Shown: piece by piece, positions 12,161-26,320 of the stretch
How positions within the stretch are numbered: the first letter of the stretch is position 1
Layout: each line of letters starts with the position of its first letter
Origin: Octopus vulgaris
Taxonomy: Eukaryota
NCBI GenBank assembly: GCA_951406725.2
Contig: OX597823.1
Span: forward strand, 40,362,001 to 40,426,000
Length of the DNA: 64,000 bases
Reading direction: 5' to 3'
Notes under the pieces: generated by a model
Database searches by the model: none
What the model was told of the DNA's origin: nothing
The model's input: only the letters and a program-made list of their open reading frames with translations
Made by a program: the position numbers and the translations under genes

Positions 12161-14200
12161 TTGGTTTTTATGCAAAAAAGTGCAGCAATCTATGTATATA
12201 TGTTCCCAAATCTGCCACGAGTCATAAAAAAACATGTTTGGAAATCACTGAAGTCAATACGCAGTGAAATCTACTTGCAACCGCGTGATGTGTAGTTTCA
12301 GAAACATTTTCATGTAAGGAACTCTAGCAGTGTAGAGGAGAGAAGAAAAAAGGTAACGTTACATTTGTTTCGTATATGAAAACTGCTTCAAGACATGATT
12401 TTGGAAATAATTGTAACAGGAAGTAGAAACGTTCCAGAACACAGTTAGACATTGAAGAGTTCTGTCAAGGCACTGAGTGTAAGATTGAAAGCCAAAAGTG
12501 CTTCTTGTATTGCTGAAGGTAACGGTTCTTATTATTCGACGAGTAATACTTTAAATAAAGTCATCAGGCTTTCTATGTTTATATTCTTTTGTGTGATACC
12601 TTGTTTTCTTTTGTTGCTTATTCTTCGTAAATCTTTGAATAAAGTGAGATATATTGATTAATTTATAATAATGTTCTCGTAAGTACTCGCCAGATGTACT
12701 GGTGGGGTTTCTAACAATGAATCCTTTCTTTTGAAAATATTAGTTTTTTTTTGTAGCGAACTGAATAAGAAAGCAATTAAATAAAATTCTAAATTATCAC
12801 CATATGAATTGAAAAAACTTTTTCACCAATTTATTTAATATTTTTTCGTCTATGGTTTTGTTCTGTTCTCGCGTCCATATTTGTCTATATTTTTTTCTCT
12901 TCTTTTTTAAATGCTATTTTAATTCAGATTTTCATTCATAAAAAGAAAGCAAAAAACTAAGTTGATTTTAGTCTCAGACTTATGTTAAATGTTTCAAATT
13001 GATTTTATTGTATAGACGCAGAGAGAATATTTGCAAAGAAAAGGTGTAGTCAAAAGATTCTGCCCTAACTGGCATTTATTTCATCAGCTTTGGGTTTATG
13101 AAAACTAAAACTAAAACCTACAACGGCAGGATGCGAATACAGGACCTCGAGGACAAAACTAAATGCATGAGGATAGTTTCACATAGGCTCCATTGTGGGC
13201 ACAAGGACTGAAATTTTGTGGAGTGGGTTAGATGATAAGATCGATCCCAGTATTTGATTGGCTTCACTTATTTCATCGTTGCCGAAAGGATGTTGCTCTC
13301 ACGATAGTAAGATTGTAGTCCCAAGTCCCCAGAACTGGCGGCGCGTTGTGTTCTTGTTCAAAACACATTTTTTCATGTTGCTTCATTCACTCAGCTGTCC
13401 CTGCGATAATCTGGTGTCCTGTTCACGGATGATGGTCTGATTTCAGTCACCTGTGCGCCAGGGTAACCGGCACTATGAGTGCTAGGACTGAAGACAATAA
13501 TGTCGAGGGATTGTTGATGATGATACTGATGATGAAAGGACAAGTTGTCTTTGACAGCATTTGAACTGAGAACATAAAGAGCAGGAAAAAATGATGCAAT
13601 GCGTTTTCCGACTCTCTAATGTGTCTCTCAGCTCGCATCTATGGAGCATTTAATACGGATTTATAGCACTGGAGCAAGGCCCCAAGTGCCTACAAGAGCA
13701 TGTGTTTGTGGATGGATTGAGAGATAACTGAAAGTAAATTTATCTATGTCTTAATATAAAACGCAGGATAAAATTTCTCAATTTCAAATGCTTATATCCT
13801 GTGTTGTATAATGTAATTTAAAAGAAATGTAATCTTTTGTTTTTCCCTCATTGCTTTCGTTGGACTGTGACCATGCTGGGACACTTCTTTGAAGGGTTTT
13901 AATGGAGAATATTGACCACTGTACATATTTTAAAGTTTCATATTTATTTTATCCGTGTCTTTTGCCGAACTGCTTCGTTATGGTGACTTAACTAAACCAA
14001 CACATGTTGATAATTTGTTAGAGGGAAGATAAATACAGGCATCAAGACACAGGCTCATCTGTCTGTCTGTCTACCTATCTATCTATCTATCTACATTCTA
14101 CATTTCGTTTCTTTATAATTGATAAGTATGTAGGCTGATAGCCGTGTCCGTAAGAGCTGCTTTCTCTGAAAGCCGCACGATTCTGAGACACATGCATACA

Positions 14201-14234
<34 letters not shown>

Positions 14235-16485
14235 AATATATATAGTTAAAGAGAGAGAAAGAAAGAGAGAGAGGGCTGAACCGGAAGTGGGCTGAACGTA
14301 GGTTTTTTAATATTAATGCCTGCCCGTCTTTCTAGCTTTCCGAGTTCAAATCCCTAATATAGTTTGAAATGAAATCAATAGCGATCATTTATTTAACCGA
14401 TTCAATTCAATCGTTCTTATCGACTTCCTTCTACATATGTGTGGCATTTAGCCAAGGTTGAGAGAAATCGTTATTTTCAGGTTATTAAGTTTTGGAATTT
14501 GTTACAGTTAGGCGATTACCCAACAACTTTCGAACTAGCTTCGTTGAAATTCACACGCAATAAATTTTCAGAATTTAAATATATATTATTATTATCCTCT
14601 TATTTATCATGTTTGTATATTTTTCTCTTCTCTTAAAAATGATTTATTAAGTAAAAGCAAAAATTTATTTCGTTAAAATAAAAATTAAGAGCGTTATGGT
14701 GTATAGTAACCCGCGAGTCAAGTGCAGCAGTAATTGTGGTAGTAGTGGTGGTAGTGGTGGTGGTGGTGGGGGGTAGATAACGATGAGAGGGAGGAAGGGT
14801 GGTGATATGAGGAGGAAGGAGGGGAGGTAGAAGAGTAAAAGTAGCGAGAATAAGCCATGATGAACTAAAAGTTACAAAACTACCTATAGCTTTTTCAGTC
14901 CTCGAAAACAGAAACCTTCAGACTGTTGAAGTAGAGTTTCTTTGGCATTTTGCAATTTTCTGCGTTTTTTTTTTTCATAATTACTGTCTCTTCTTGTGAT
15001 TATCTTGGTTTCTTTTTCTTTTGTATTCCCTCTCTTGCTGTTGTTGTTTCTTATTATTTTCTTTCTTTTCCACCTCCAGCACTCTACGACTCATTGTCAG
15101 CCATTCGTTATCTTCACACAGTGTTAATAACGTATTAACATTTCTTTATTCGTGTTTTTCAAAAAGTCTTACCGTTCGTACTTTCTCAGTTTCTTCTACA
15201 ATTTCTTGCAAGAACAAAATCCTAACATTAATCCACATTTTCTTACTGGAATAATATTCTAATATTTAATCTGGCCTTATCATAATGAAGTTTTGTCATA
15301 TATATATGTTTTAAATTCCATCGTAACTCTTCAATTTTTTTTTCAACTTGATGGATTATTTTTTTCTCATTTGCACTTATCATGGTGATTTACTCGCTTT
15401 ATTAGATCTTCAAGCTATTTCAATCTGCAATATCTTATGTATTATACCATAATCTTTCCAATTATTCCATTGTGATTCATTTTTACGTAATCCTTTTCAG
15501 CAAGTATTTTGATATAAAACAGATGATGGGCATTTCTTTATTTTTTTTTGTTTTTATCTTAAAGACATGGTTATGTGTTTTAAGAAGTTCACTTTGCAAC
15601 TATATGGTTTCAGGTTCAGTGCTACCGCGCTGCATCATGGGCAAGTGTTGTCTGACTGAATCGTTGAGAGTGAAGTTGGTAGACGGAGGCCCCGTCTGAA
15701 GGCACCAGACGTGGTATGTGTCGTTTTCATTGCATAGAAACATTAGTAGCTCATAAAAATATATACAGTGTTTGTTAAACAATATTTATCTCTCACCAGA
15801 TGGAGTTTTTTTTGTTGTTGCTGTTTTTACCTCCATGGAACAGTACAACGTGTGTGTGTGTATGTGTGTGTTTGCGTGTTTGCTTGTGTTCGCGCGTGTG
15901 TGTAGGCATTCTTTTTAAACGGCGGAAGTTAGTGACACAAGAGCTGATAGTTTCCTCTTATGAAGCTATGTATTATATATATTACTTATCAGTTTATATA
16001 TTTACCTGGCTTTGAGCCAAAATCAGAAACCAGTATATATGTATATGTTTCGAGTTCTATTCATCCTGTTGTACTACCAAAACCCCCAGTATTGAGTACA
16101 TCTTTCTTACATTGTACACTAACCTTAATGGAAATGGAAGAGGTGGTTGAAGTCTACTTTTGATGCAGCAGCAATCAGTAACACTCTCATTCTCCTCCTT
16201 ATTATCACCACCACCACCACCACCACCATTATCGTTATCCTCACCATTACCACCATTGTTCTCTTCCCCTTCTTCACACCACCAGCACCATCATTGGAAT
16301 CATCATCATCATCATCATCGCTATTACAACCACCATCTTCAGCATTATCATCATCCCACCATTGATTTATTTGTGCATTAACTTATCACATGCCTATGTA
16401 TTCTATTGTCATGTACAGATTATCGTCATCATCATGGTTATTATTTCTTCTTCTTCTTCTTCTTCTTCTCTTTCTTCTTCTTCTT

Positions 16486-16586
<101 letters not shown>

Positions 16587-16622
16587 CATCAGTGTTATTA
16601 TCATCAGTGTTATTATCATTAC

Positions 16623-16682
<60 letters not shown>

Positions 16683-16686
16683 CAAA

Positions 16687-16900
16687 GGGGGCGAGCTAGC
16701 AGAACTGTTAGCATGCCGGGCAAAAAATGCTGAGCGGTATTTTGTCCGCCTTTACATTCTGATTTCAAATTCCGCTGAGGTCGACTTTCATCCTTTCAGG
16801 GGTCGATAGGTTAAGTAGCAGTGAAACACTGGGATCGATGTAATCGGCTAGTTCCCTTCCAATCAAGCTTCAGGCCTTGTGCCTATAGTAGAAAGAATTA
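16687..16900 (+). mobile_element. SINE family B (GGCGGCGAGCTGGCAGA head)
   Basis: Shared core GAGGTCGACTTT(GCCTTT)CATCCTTTC.GGGTCGATA. Other copies at ~11200-11390, 13060-13280, 18358-18546, 24183-24317, 35832-36047, 37040-37260, 49470-49665, 58625-58800 and 63367-63575. Confidence 0.85.
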
Positions 16901-17549
16901 TTCTTATTTTATTATTATCATTATTCATTTGCTGATATGTCAATACTCCGAGTATTCTTTTAATGATTTTAATCAGAATCATCTTTCATTGAACGAGAAG
17001 CTTTCCTCTTTGGATGAAGTATTCACTTTCATACACGAAGCCCAAACTAATAAACAAACAAAAAAAAAAGGAAAAACAAAAACCATTCCAGATTCACCAT
17101 TGATAATACAGTTATATTTGGGAGGTTTTTCTGCCGCAGCTTATATTTTTGCTTCATTTTTTTTTTACCTTTTGCCTATTACTTATTTCAATTATTGGAC
17201 TGCGGGCGTATCGAGGGACCGCCACATTGAAATGTTTAGTGGAAGAAATCAACACCAGTACTTATTTTTAAGTCTGGTATTTATTGTATCACTCTTTTTG
17301 CCGCAACGCTCAGTTACAGGAACGTAAACAAATCAACACCGGTTGTCAAGTGGTGGGGGGAGACAAACGCAAAGATACCCACGCATGCATCCACACACAT
17401 ATATATATATCATAACACACACCACCCACACACCAGCATTGACCAATTCCCATCCCCACATTTTCACACCTACACATACACATGCACACGTCAAGACCAC
17501 CAGCCCTCTTTCACACGCACATACGTACTCTCTTGCACACACGCGCACC

Positions 17550-17812
17550 TTCGTTTTGGGATCACCTTTACCTTGTTATCTCCCCTACTTCTTCGCTCTC
17601 CTATGTGACCCTTCTGTCCGTCAGTCGCCATGATAGATCGGTAACCACTACACACATTTTGTTTCTCTCCTTGTTTCTGTGTTCCTTTCTGTGTAAGAGC
17701 GTAGGCTCGAAATGTAAAAGACGTTTTCAATTCCTGAGCGTTATACTAATGCATCTGTTTGTTTTCTACACCACCGGTCTTCGTCTTTAGTTTTTTTTCG
17801 TGAACTCTCCCA
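17550..17812 (+). mobile_element. Probable Penelope-type pseudo-LTR fragment with degenerate minimal hammerhead (17685-17720)
   Basis: CTTT-CTGTGTA-A-GAGC-gtag-GCTC-GAAA-TG-TA-AAAG: stems I and II pair but the core is mutated. Confidence 0.5.
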
Positions 17813-18904
17813 ATATATATATATATATATATATATACATACACGACGAGCTTTCACGCATTTTCTGTCGACCAAATTCACTCACAAGGCATTGGTTGGC
17901 CCAGAGTTATATTAGAAGACACTTGCCCAAAGTGCCAGGCAGTGGAATTGAACCCGGAATTACATAGTTGTAAAGCGATCTTCTTAACGGCACAGACATT
18001 ATTTACTATTTCAAAAATATTTTCGCTATTTTACGTTTAAAGTCCAGATTGGCGGATTGTCTTGAATTCTAGACATGTTTATAAACTTCATCAAAATATC
18101 TAACAACGACGCATTTCATTTTATTCTGATATACACTGCAGTCGTCTCTCTAACTGATATGGTTTTCAATAAGTCATTGGTGAATATGCACAGACTAACC
18201 AAATCGTTTGGTTTGGTATTTTTTATTTTTCTCAACTAACTAATGTACGCAGAGACTTTATTCAAAATCAGCCAAGCGATTAAATGTAGTAAATTAAGTT
18301 TTTTAGCCAGTTTGCAATTTTGGGACCCTTCTTGTCACAATATTTCCTACACTACAAGGCGGCGAGCTGGCAGAAACGTTAGTACGCTGGGCGAAATGCT
18401 TAGCAGTATTTCGTCTTTCTTTACGATCTGAGTTCAAATTCCGCCGAGATCGACTTTGCCTTTCATCATTTCGTAATGGGGTCGATCTAATCGACTAGCC
18501 TTCTCCCACAAAATTTGGGGCCTTATGCCTAGAGTAGAAAAGAATATTCCCTACACTTCTTGGTTACCTTATTATACATAATGTCTGTATTTGTCCAGCT
18601 TAAAAAGAATATTAGTTTTCTCGATCGGATACATTTTAAATGAATAAATAACTAAATATACAAATAAATAAATGTATTTTTGTTGCGCTTTTATTACGGA
18701 GCGTCTTTTTCTGTAATCAGTTGTTTTCGCCGCATAAAATCTCAGTAACTGAATACCGAGTCTCAAACACTTCTCTTCTCTTGGCTATGTCTACACCGAA
18801 AATACTTTTTAAATCTCGTTCTGACATAAGGGAACATTTAACTTGGGCTGTGCTATTGGTTATGGCAACTGGACACTCTTGTGTTTGGTCTTTGGCATTC
18901 TAAA

Positions 18905-19260
18905 TATCAGAGCTAATGGATAACTCGAGAACCCTTCAAGCAAGTGTTATATGAAATGGAGCATAAGACGTGCAAAACTGCGCTTTAAGGACCAATGAGA
19001 AAGAATATTCCGATAAAAGAGTTCTCTGATGACGGGAAATGGGAAGAGTCCACAAAGGAAAGCAGCAAGTGGAGAGCAGCTATGCATTGAGGATCCAAAA
19101 CTTACGAAGATACAAGCATTCCTCATGTTCAGGAGGCAAGACAAAGATGTAAGTGCATCACAGTGTAAGATACTTCTGTCTCAACATGGATCTATGGTAT
19201 TATGAAAAATACCATAGTGCGCATTGGATTTATCAGCCACAAAAGGCATTGTTCAGGAAG
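18905..19260 (+). pseudogene. RTE-clade LINE 3' ORF remnant
   Basis: Frameshifted MDNSR..FKQVLYE..KLRFKDQ..GKWEE..SKWRAAMH..RIGFISHKRHC, resembling the RTE C-terminus. Confidence 0.65.
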
Positions 19261-19879
19261 AAGTTTAGTGAAGACGTCAGACGTAAGAAGTGAAGACGTT
19301 ACTCTTTCTGCAATGCCACCGAGCAACAATATAAAGTCCAACAATGTCTTGCCTTCAGAGAGCTTTGAGTTCACTATATTCTAACGGGAGCAAAACAACT
19401 CTTGGGAGACGATATACTTCTGCAGATTCTCAGCCTAGCCAATAATTTATGAAAAGTAAATTATTTGTAAGCTCACCACCTCCACCAATAGAAGCACACG
19501 TACACATGTATGCCCTGCTATACCTAACCACTTCAAGATATGTACTAATCATCTAATCATCATTGTTCAGATCATAGTGTCTCTAATCGTCAGGTATTTT
19601 CTATTGAAGCTATAGTTAAGGCTTCTAACTTCATTTGTCATGAATTTTTTGCATATGATAAACAATTAATCGTCCATATTGGATTAACATTGTCCTCAGT
19701 TGAACAGAGATATTCATTCAAGTGATAAACAAATTATCTTTGTTTACCTCCAAACGCAGCAGTTCATCCTTATTCACTCCTAATCCCTTTAGCATGAATT
19801 ACAATTAAAAGCATAAAGACTGCAAAATTCACTCTTTTCGAGTCAAATTTATTCAGCCATATATAATTTTGGATACTCA

Positions 19880-20700
19880 TAATGCCAACCTCATTATATC
19901 AACCCCAATGTGCCGTAGGGTTCTGTTTTGTTCCCCCGCTTCCACGATGTGTCTCCGCCTTCTATATATCAATGACATGCTCTCACGTCCAACAACAAGG
20001 TAAATGACTCTTCTATTTTTCCCTCAACTTCCCCTACTTCGCTTCACACACCCGAAATCAAGGCATCACACACCAAACCTGCACAGATTCCACGGATAGA
20101 GACCTCGAAATCAGCCTCCAGTGGGGATAGGCCAATCTTGTCTCCATCAGTATAATCCATAAAGGCTTCTCATATCAGGAAAGCATTATCCCTCACTCTT
20201 AAATCATGTGAAGCATGCAATTAAAGTCCCCATCGCTTCAAATATTGGACCACGCTATCACCGAGGATCTCTCCTGAAAAGCATATCATTAATATGGACT
20301 GTCCAAACGACGAGCCCTTCTTTTCAGAGCCAGAATATACTTCAACTTCCATCAATTATTGACATTCTACAAAGCTCAGACAACCTACAATGAGGGTATT
20401 GCCCTCACACCTTAGACAGTGTTGTTGCTTCTCACACGCACATACTAGACCACATCCAGAGAGGAGCCATTTGACTGACTGGTATAAAGTCATTTACAAA
20501 CGTGATCCAACTAACCTTTGGCCCACAGGTAACCTGTCTCTTTCCTCTGCTTTTTCTACCGCTATCATACTGACCTCTACTCCACAGGATTGGCTGTGTT
20601 TATGCGTCCACTGATCAGGAATTCCTGATACACTTATCTTCCCTCCTCTCATCATCCTTTTGCTAAATCTTTCCAGGCCACACACTAATCAATACGTCTA
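19880..20700 (+). pseudogene. CR1/Jockey-group LINE RT remnant
   Basis: VP*GSVL...LLYINDML, DLE...QWG*ANLVS, LTFYKAQ; heavily degraded. Confidence 0.65.
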
Positions 20701-21074
20701 GTCCTTCTCATATTATCCCCCACATAGAATTCCTTCCCTGTCCATATGTTACGCACACGCTTTGACTTGTAATGGTTCACGAGAAACATTAGGAACCGCA
20801 GTTTCAAGTCTAGGAGAGCCAGCCGAGGCCATGGGGTACATCCACTTTCTCCAAACCCAACCAATTAAAACCAAATCACTTTGTTTTCATAATGGCTTCA
20901 GAACCATATTCTCTCAATTAAAACTTCCCTACACATTCCATATTTTTCACATTTCTACGCTTCTCTTATCTTTCGCAACTTAATTTCGCAACCTCCCACC
21001 ACCACCACCACCACCACCACCACCACCACCACCATCACCACCACCACTATTTTCATCAACCTTTAGACACTACT

Positions 21075-21315
21075 GTTTCGAGTCCTAGAACTCATAGGGT
21101 CCGTTACCCAATTTCCAAGGCGAATAAGTGGCCGAGATCAAAATAACCCCATGAAGAGGATACCAGTCCATGACGGTTTACTCATTTATAGCTGAATAGA
21201 CTGGAACAATGTAAAAATAAAGTTTTTGCTCAAGAACACAATGCACTTGAGCTGGGAATCGAAACCGCGATTTTACGATCGTGAGTGCAAATACCCTAAG
21301 CATTAGGCTATGTAA
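21075..21315 (-). mobile_element. SINE family C
   Basis: GGTTTCGATTCC B box and TGTGTTCTTGAGCAAAAAC core, as in 30681-30922. Confidence 0.75.
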
Positions 21316-21638
21316 TGCAATTTTCTCAATGTCATCCCTACATCGTTCTAATTTATTTAAACAGTGTAATATAACGGGAATGTTAACTTGATATAAATTT
21401 GGCATATAGATACAAACTGCGAATGAATAAACGGCATACATTAGCTATTTTTAGTCTATTTTAATAAAATATAAATATACTGGGCGTGGCTATGCGGTAA
21501 GAAGCTTGCTTGCCAACTACATAGTTCCGGGTTTAGTCCCACTGCGTGGCACCTTGATTTAGTGCATTGTACTATAGCTTCGGGCCAACAAAAAACTTGT
21601 GAGTAGATTTGGTAGGCGGAAACCGAATGAAGCCCGTC

Positions 21639-21713
<75 letters not shown>

Positions 21714-21716
<3 letters not shown>

Positions 21717-22965
21717 GGGGGTACCCAAAAGAAAACGGAATTTTGCAATATCATTTTATCCACTTAGTTTTACATGCTCACACATTTACCACCTTCAAAC
21801 TATTTTCCATTTGAGGCAATGCATCGGTCCAGACGCGTTTTCCACTGTTCGAAGCTGTCCTGGAAGTCTTTCTTTTTAACGCCTCTATCGTTTTTCTTCA
21901 CCCCTTCGACATCTGCAAAATGTTTTATTTTAAGGATATTTTTCATTCGGCGAGCAGAAAAAGAAAAAAATTGCAGGGAGCAAGATCGGGTGAATAGGGA
22001 ATACGGGAGTGGGGTCATGTCATTTTTGGTCAAAAATTATCTCACACTCATGGTGTTGTGCGCAGGCGCATTGTCGTGACGAAGCCACCACTCACCACTT
22101 TGCCACAGGCCGGGGAGTTTTCGTTTCACCGCGTCTTGCAAATGCTTCAGAATTGCGAAGTAAAACATCTGGTTAACAGTTAAACCAGAAGAAACAAATT
22201 CTGTGTGGACAGTTCCTTCCGCATCGATGAAACAAATCAGCATCGTCTTGACATCGGACTTCACTTGACCGTTTTTTGGAGGCGTGTTGATATTGAATCC
22301 TTCCACTGACTTGATAGCTGCTTCATTTCCGGGTTGTAACCGTAGCACTAGCTTTCGTCACCAGTGATGGCCTTCGAAAACCGGTTCGAATCAATTTCCA
22401 ACTGTTCATTCAGTTCACGACACGCATGCAGTCGTGACTGCTTTTGATCTTCCGTGAGCAAGCGAGACAGAAATTTTGTTGCAATAATTTTTATTCGCAA
22501 TTCCTCGCTCAAAATTCGTTGGGAGGAGCTCGAGGACACACCAGTCATACCAGCAAGATCGTCAATTACTCTGCGATGGTCCTCCAATATCACGTCAAGA
22601 ATTTTCAAGATATTTTCATTTATTCGGGAGGTCGACGGTCGCCCTGAAGATGATAGTCTTCAAACGATAAGTGACCATTCCTAAAGCTTGAAAACCAATC
22701 GTAAACTTGTGTTTTGCTCATGGCAGCGTCCTTGTAAACTGTTTGAGGTATGACAACTGTTTCGGCCGTCGTTTTCCCCAACAGAAAACAGAATTTCACG
22801 GAAGCTTGCTGTACCTTCGTTTCAGCCAACGCAAAAATCGACGAATATGGGAGAAGCTTTGCAAAACAAAGATGTACCATGTGACACGACCTCATAGAAC
22901 GACGCCGGTCGGCAGACTGATGCCTGACGTTCGCATCAAGTGGTTTCTAGCAGCGGAAGCCTAAT
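21714..22965 (-). mobile_element. Decayed mariner element, near-complete transposase pseudogene (~22829-21780)
   Basis: QASVKFCFLLGKTTAET..QVYDWFSSF, ITGDES, KTMLICFIDAEGTVHTEFV, HDNAPAH, WKTRLDRCIASNG. One TIR survives: TA|CACGGGGGTACCCAAAAGAAAACGGAA at 21714. Confidence 0.93.
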
Positions 22966-23019
22966 CAACAACGGTCAATGAGAGCTCTAACAAAGAGGAA
23001 TGTATCTGTTCTCATGCCT

Positions 23020-23485
23020 TTCAGCCTTGTCCACCTAAACAACCTCTTTCGCCACAGCCACCAGGGGAAGGAAAACTCCTTTGCTTGCCAGAACACTGAA
23101 CGATTGCGTACAGAACGGTTTCATCACTCTACACGCACTCCACCCCGGGCGAGCCCGTCTGACAGCACGACTGTGCCTGTAGAGTTTATATCGAACTGGT
23201 AGCGCCCCACTGTATCACTGCAAGGCCAAGGACATCTGGAAATTATCCATGATAGTTCTCGACTGGAAAGTCCTCCGGAATAGATTAGCCAGTGTATTTT
23301 CGTCGGCGTCCTGAGTCTCCCCACCCACTGAACGTCATCGCACTTCCCCACCACTAATCTTTTATAAATTTCCAAAGCGGCATATCCACCGATTCCATTG
23401 CTCGACTGGTAGAGGGCTGTGTGTGCCTGACAACATTCTAGGTGCCACGTGCCCAGTCTCGGTCTTTTCGTCACCCAGGACTAAT
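23020..23485 (-). pseudogene. Tx1/L1-clade LINE fragment
   Basis: ORF TKRPRLGTWHLECCQAHTALYQSSNG..LEIYKRLVVGK is homologous to 59735-59900 (IKKRPR*GDWLLEYCQTFTALYQSGN..LEFYRGLVEGK). Confidence 0.8.
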
Positions 23486-23554
23486 AGAACTGCAAGAATT
23501 CTTTATAGAATTCTTTAAGCATGACCAGTAAACAATTAGTTAGCTGACTAGACA

Positions 23555-24111
23555 GTTGACACTTTCTACATTGGAAACTGTGCAAAAAGTAGGGACTAGA
23601 GAGAGGCAAGACGTAGTATGAACACAAACCACAGAGTGGCAAAGTTGGAGACTAGCAAAATCCTCTGGAACTTCCCAATCCAAACAGATCAAGTGCTAGA
23701 GCGTAACAGATTGGACCCAGTGGTGGTGGACAAGATGCACCACGTATGCTATATAGTTGAATTTTGCATGTCCCTTTGGCCCACGAATAATCAAAAAGGA
23801 AGGTGAAAAGATAGATAAATACAACCCTCTTATGAACGAAATAGACTGGCTATGGAAAACGAAGGTGAAGATAGTGCCAATTATTGTTGGGTTCTTGGGA
23901 ACAGTATCAGAAGGCATCAAGGGAAATATAAAGGAAATTGGAATAGTGTGCCCAGTGGAACTGTTACAAAAGGTTTGCCTCCTTGGCACAACCAGAATAA
24001 TCTGTATCAGATAGCTGAAAAGAATGGATAGCATCGTGCCGTAGGCTGCAGATAGGAAGCCCGCTACGCATGTAAGACTCCAGGAGATCCAACAAAACCT
24101 GTGATAAAGAG
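23555..24111 (+). mobile_element. R4/Dong LINE 3' fragment (RLE domain) followed by (TAA)n
   Basis: LHWKLCKK, KILWNFPIQTD, FACPF..IKKEGEKIDKY, PIIVGFLG, LQKVCLLGT. Confidence 0.85.
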
Positions 24112-24112
24112 A

Positions 24113-24180
<68 letters not shown>

Positions 24181-24318
24181 TGCTTTCTACTAAAGGCACA
24201 AGGTCTGAAATTTGGTGGAAGGGGACAAGTCGATTACATCGACCCCAGTGTTTCACTGGTACTTAATTTATCAACCCCCGAAAGGATAAAAAGTAAAGTC
24301 GACCTCGGCGGAATTTGA

Positions 24319-24811
24319 TGATACAGTATCAGTATCATGGTTTCTGATCTTAACTAATTGGAAATATTAACATGGATACATTTGTGTAAAAAGATGAGCC
24401 TCAAAGTTGCTTATCAGTTGCTTGACCTTAACCAGTTGAGTGTGCGTCTTAGTGGCTGACAAAATGTGCATCACTGTGGGGGTAGGGCATCGTAGCCATG
24501 TAAGGAATTCTTCGGGGTTTGAGTAATTCACGTCTGGAAACGTTGGTGTTTCTTTCATCATACTTAAATAATCCTTGTTCAGGGACCTTTCGAGCGGGAT
24601 GGGTTATTCGACTTGAAAAACATTCTAACTGGGCTCCACCTGCAAGGTCAGGTGCTCTTTATCTTGATATGGAATCATGTCGTCGTGCATATATGGTTGT
24701 GATGCATGTGCCTGGTGTACCCTTATCAGACGGGTAGTTATGATGAGTATACTGGGCTTCGTATATTTGTACCCCAGTGTCACATTTCTGATGGCGCTCC
24801 TCTCTCATTCA
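24319..24811. repeat. Unclassified ~490-bp interspersed repeat (family D), copy 1
   Basis: Colinear with 37574-38055 (CATGG.TTCTGATCTTAACT...GTACCCTTATCAGACG...CTCTCTCATTCA). Confidence 0.8.
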
Positions 24812-24817
24812 CTACTA

Positions 24818-24855
<38 letters not shown>

Positions 24856-24882
24856 ACCACCACCACCACCACCACCACCACC

Positions 24883-24952
<70 letters not shown>

Positions 24953-25015
24953 ATAATAATAATAATAATCATAATCATAAAATTAATAATGACATTATTA
25001 TCATTATTATTGTTG

Positions 25016-25079
<64 letters not shown>

Positions 25080-25621
25080 GCATTAAAAGTAACTTATCTA
25101 GCTACTATTAATTCTTTTTACTGTTACATATTTGCAATGTGCAGATCCTCTTAAATATTTTTAAGATTTCCATTTTTAGCTATCGTATATACTTGAACAA
25201 GATGGAATGTGGATGATAGAAACACTTTTAGCACTTCAAGAGCGAAAATAATATTTAACAAAACCAATTGTATATATCTTTCCCATTCTGTTGACTTTCT
25301 TATCATTAAATTCTCTCTCATTGCTATACAAAATAAATTGCCTTCATCTCTTACTCTTAGAAAAACCAATTTTCCTAAATTCTTTCGATTTCTTACGGTT
25401 CTTTTATATTGTACTACTTCCCCTTAAGCATTTTTTCTTTGTTATTTTCCTTCTGTCATTGAATCACGTGAAAGCGATTACCCTAGTGGTGAAGGTGTTT
25501 GATACATTTATAAGGTCGTGCGTTCAATTTCTAAATAGGATAACACATTATGCCCTTCAGCAAAGCATACATTACTCTAGTCTACTTAGCAGCAAATGTG
25601 TACTGAGTAAATACTGGTGCA

Positions 25622-25700
<79 letters not shown>

Positions 25701-26249
25701 TGATTGCACGCAAAGAGACACGGAAGCCATCTTCACGAGGAATGTGCTGAAATTGTCTCTTTCAGTATAAGAAACCTCAAACGCTACCCATATCAGTAAA
25801 CCATTATCAACCCCAACCTTTATTCATGAGTAACACTCATTTAAAGCTCATATATTTGAGGTGATAACACATTACTCTCATGTTTACCACCTAGGGTCTC
25901 TTCTGTCGAGAGTACGCCATTAACGTGGCTAGGACCGCATTTCGAGGCCAGAGGGCCCTTCAGCACGAAGCAATTCTTTTCTCCCTTTCTTCTTCTTTCT
26001 AAATTTCGAAGCCAGAGAGCACTTCAGTACCAGACAATTTCTTTTCCCCCTTTCCTCATCTTGCTAAAATTGTCTCTTTGAGCGTAAGGAAACCCAAACG
26101 CTACCCATATAAATAAACCATATTCATCCCCAGCTTTTATTCATGAGTAACACTTATTTAAAGCTCAAACATTTCAGGTGATATACCCTCCAGCCTTCAT
26201 CAGGTGTCTTGGAGAAATTTCGAACTTGGGTTCTCATTCCTAACATAAC

Positions 26250-26320
<71 letters not shown>

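Noticed and set aside
12300-12520. Two AG...GTAACG-bounded candidate exons
   Set aside because: The second has stops in all three frames, and neither gives a recognisable protein.
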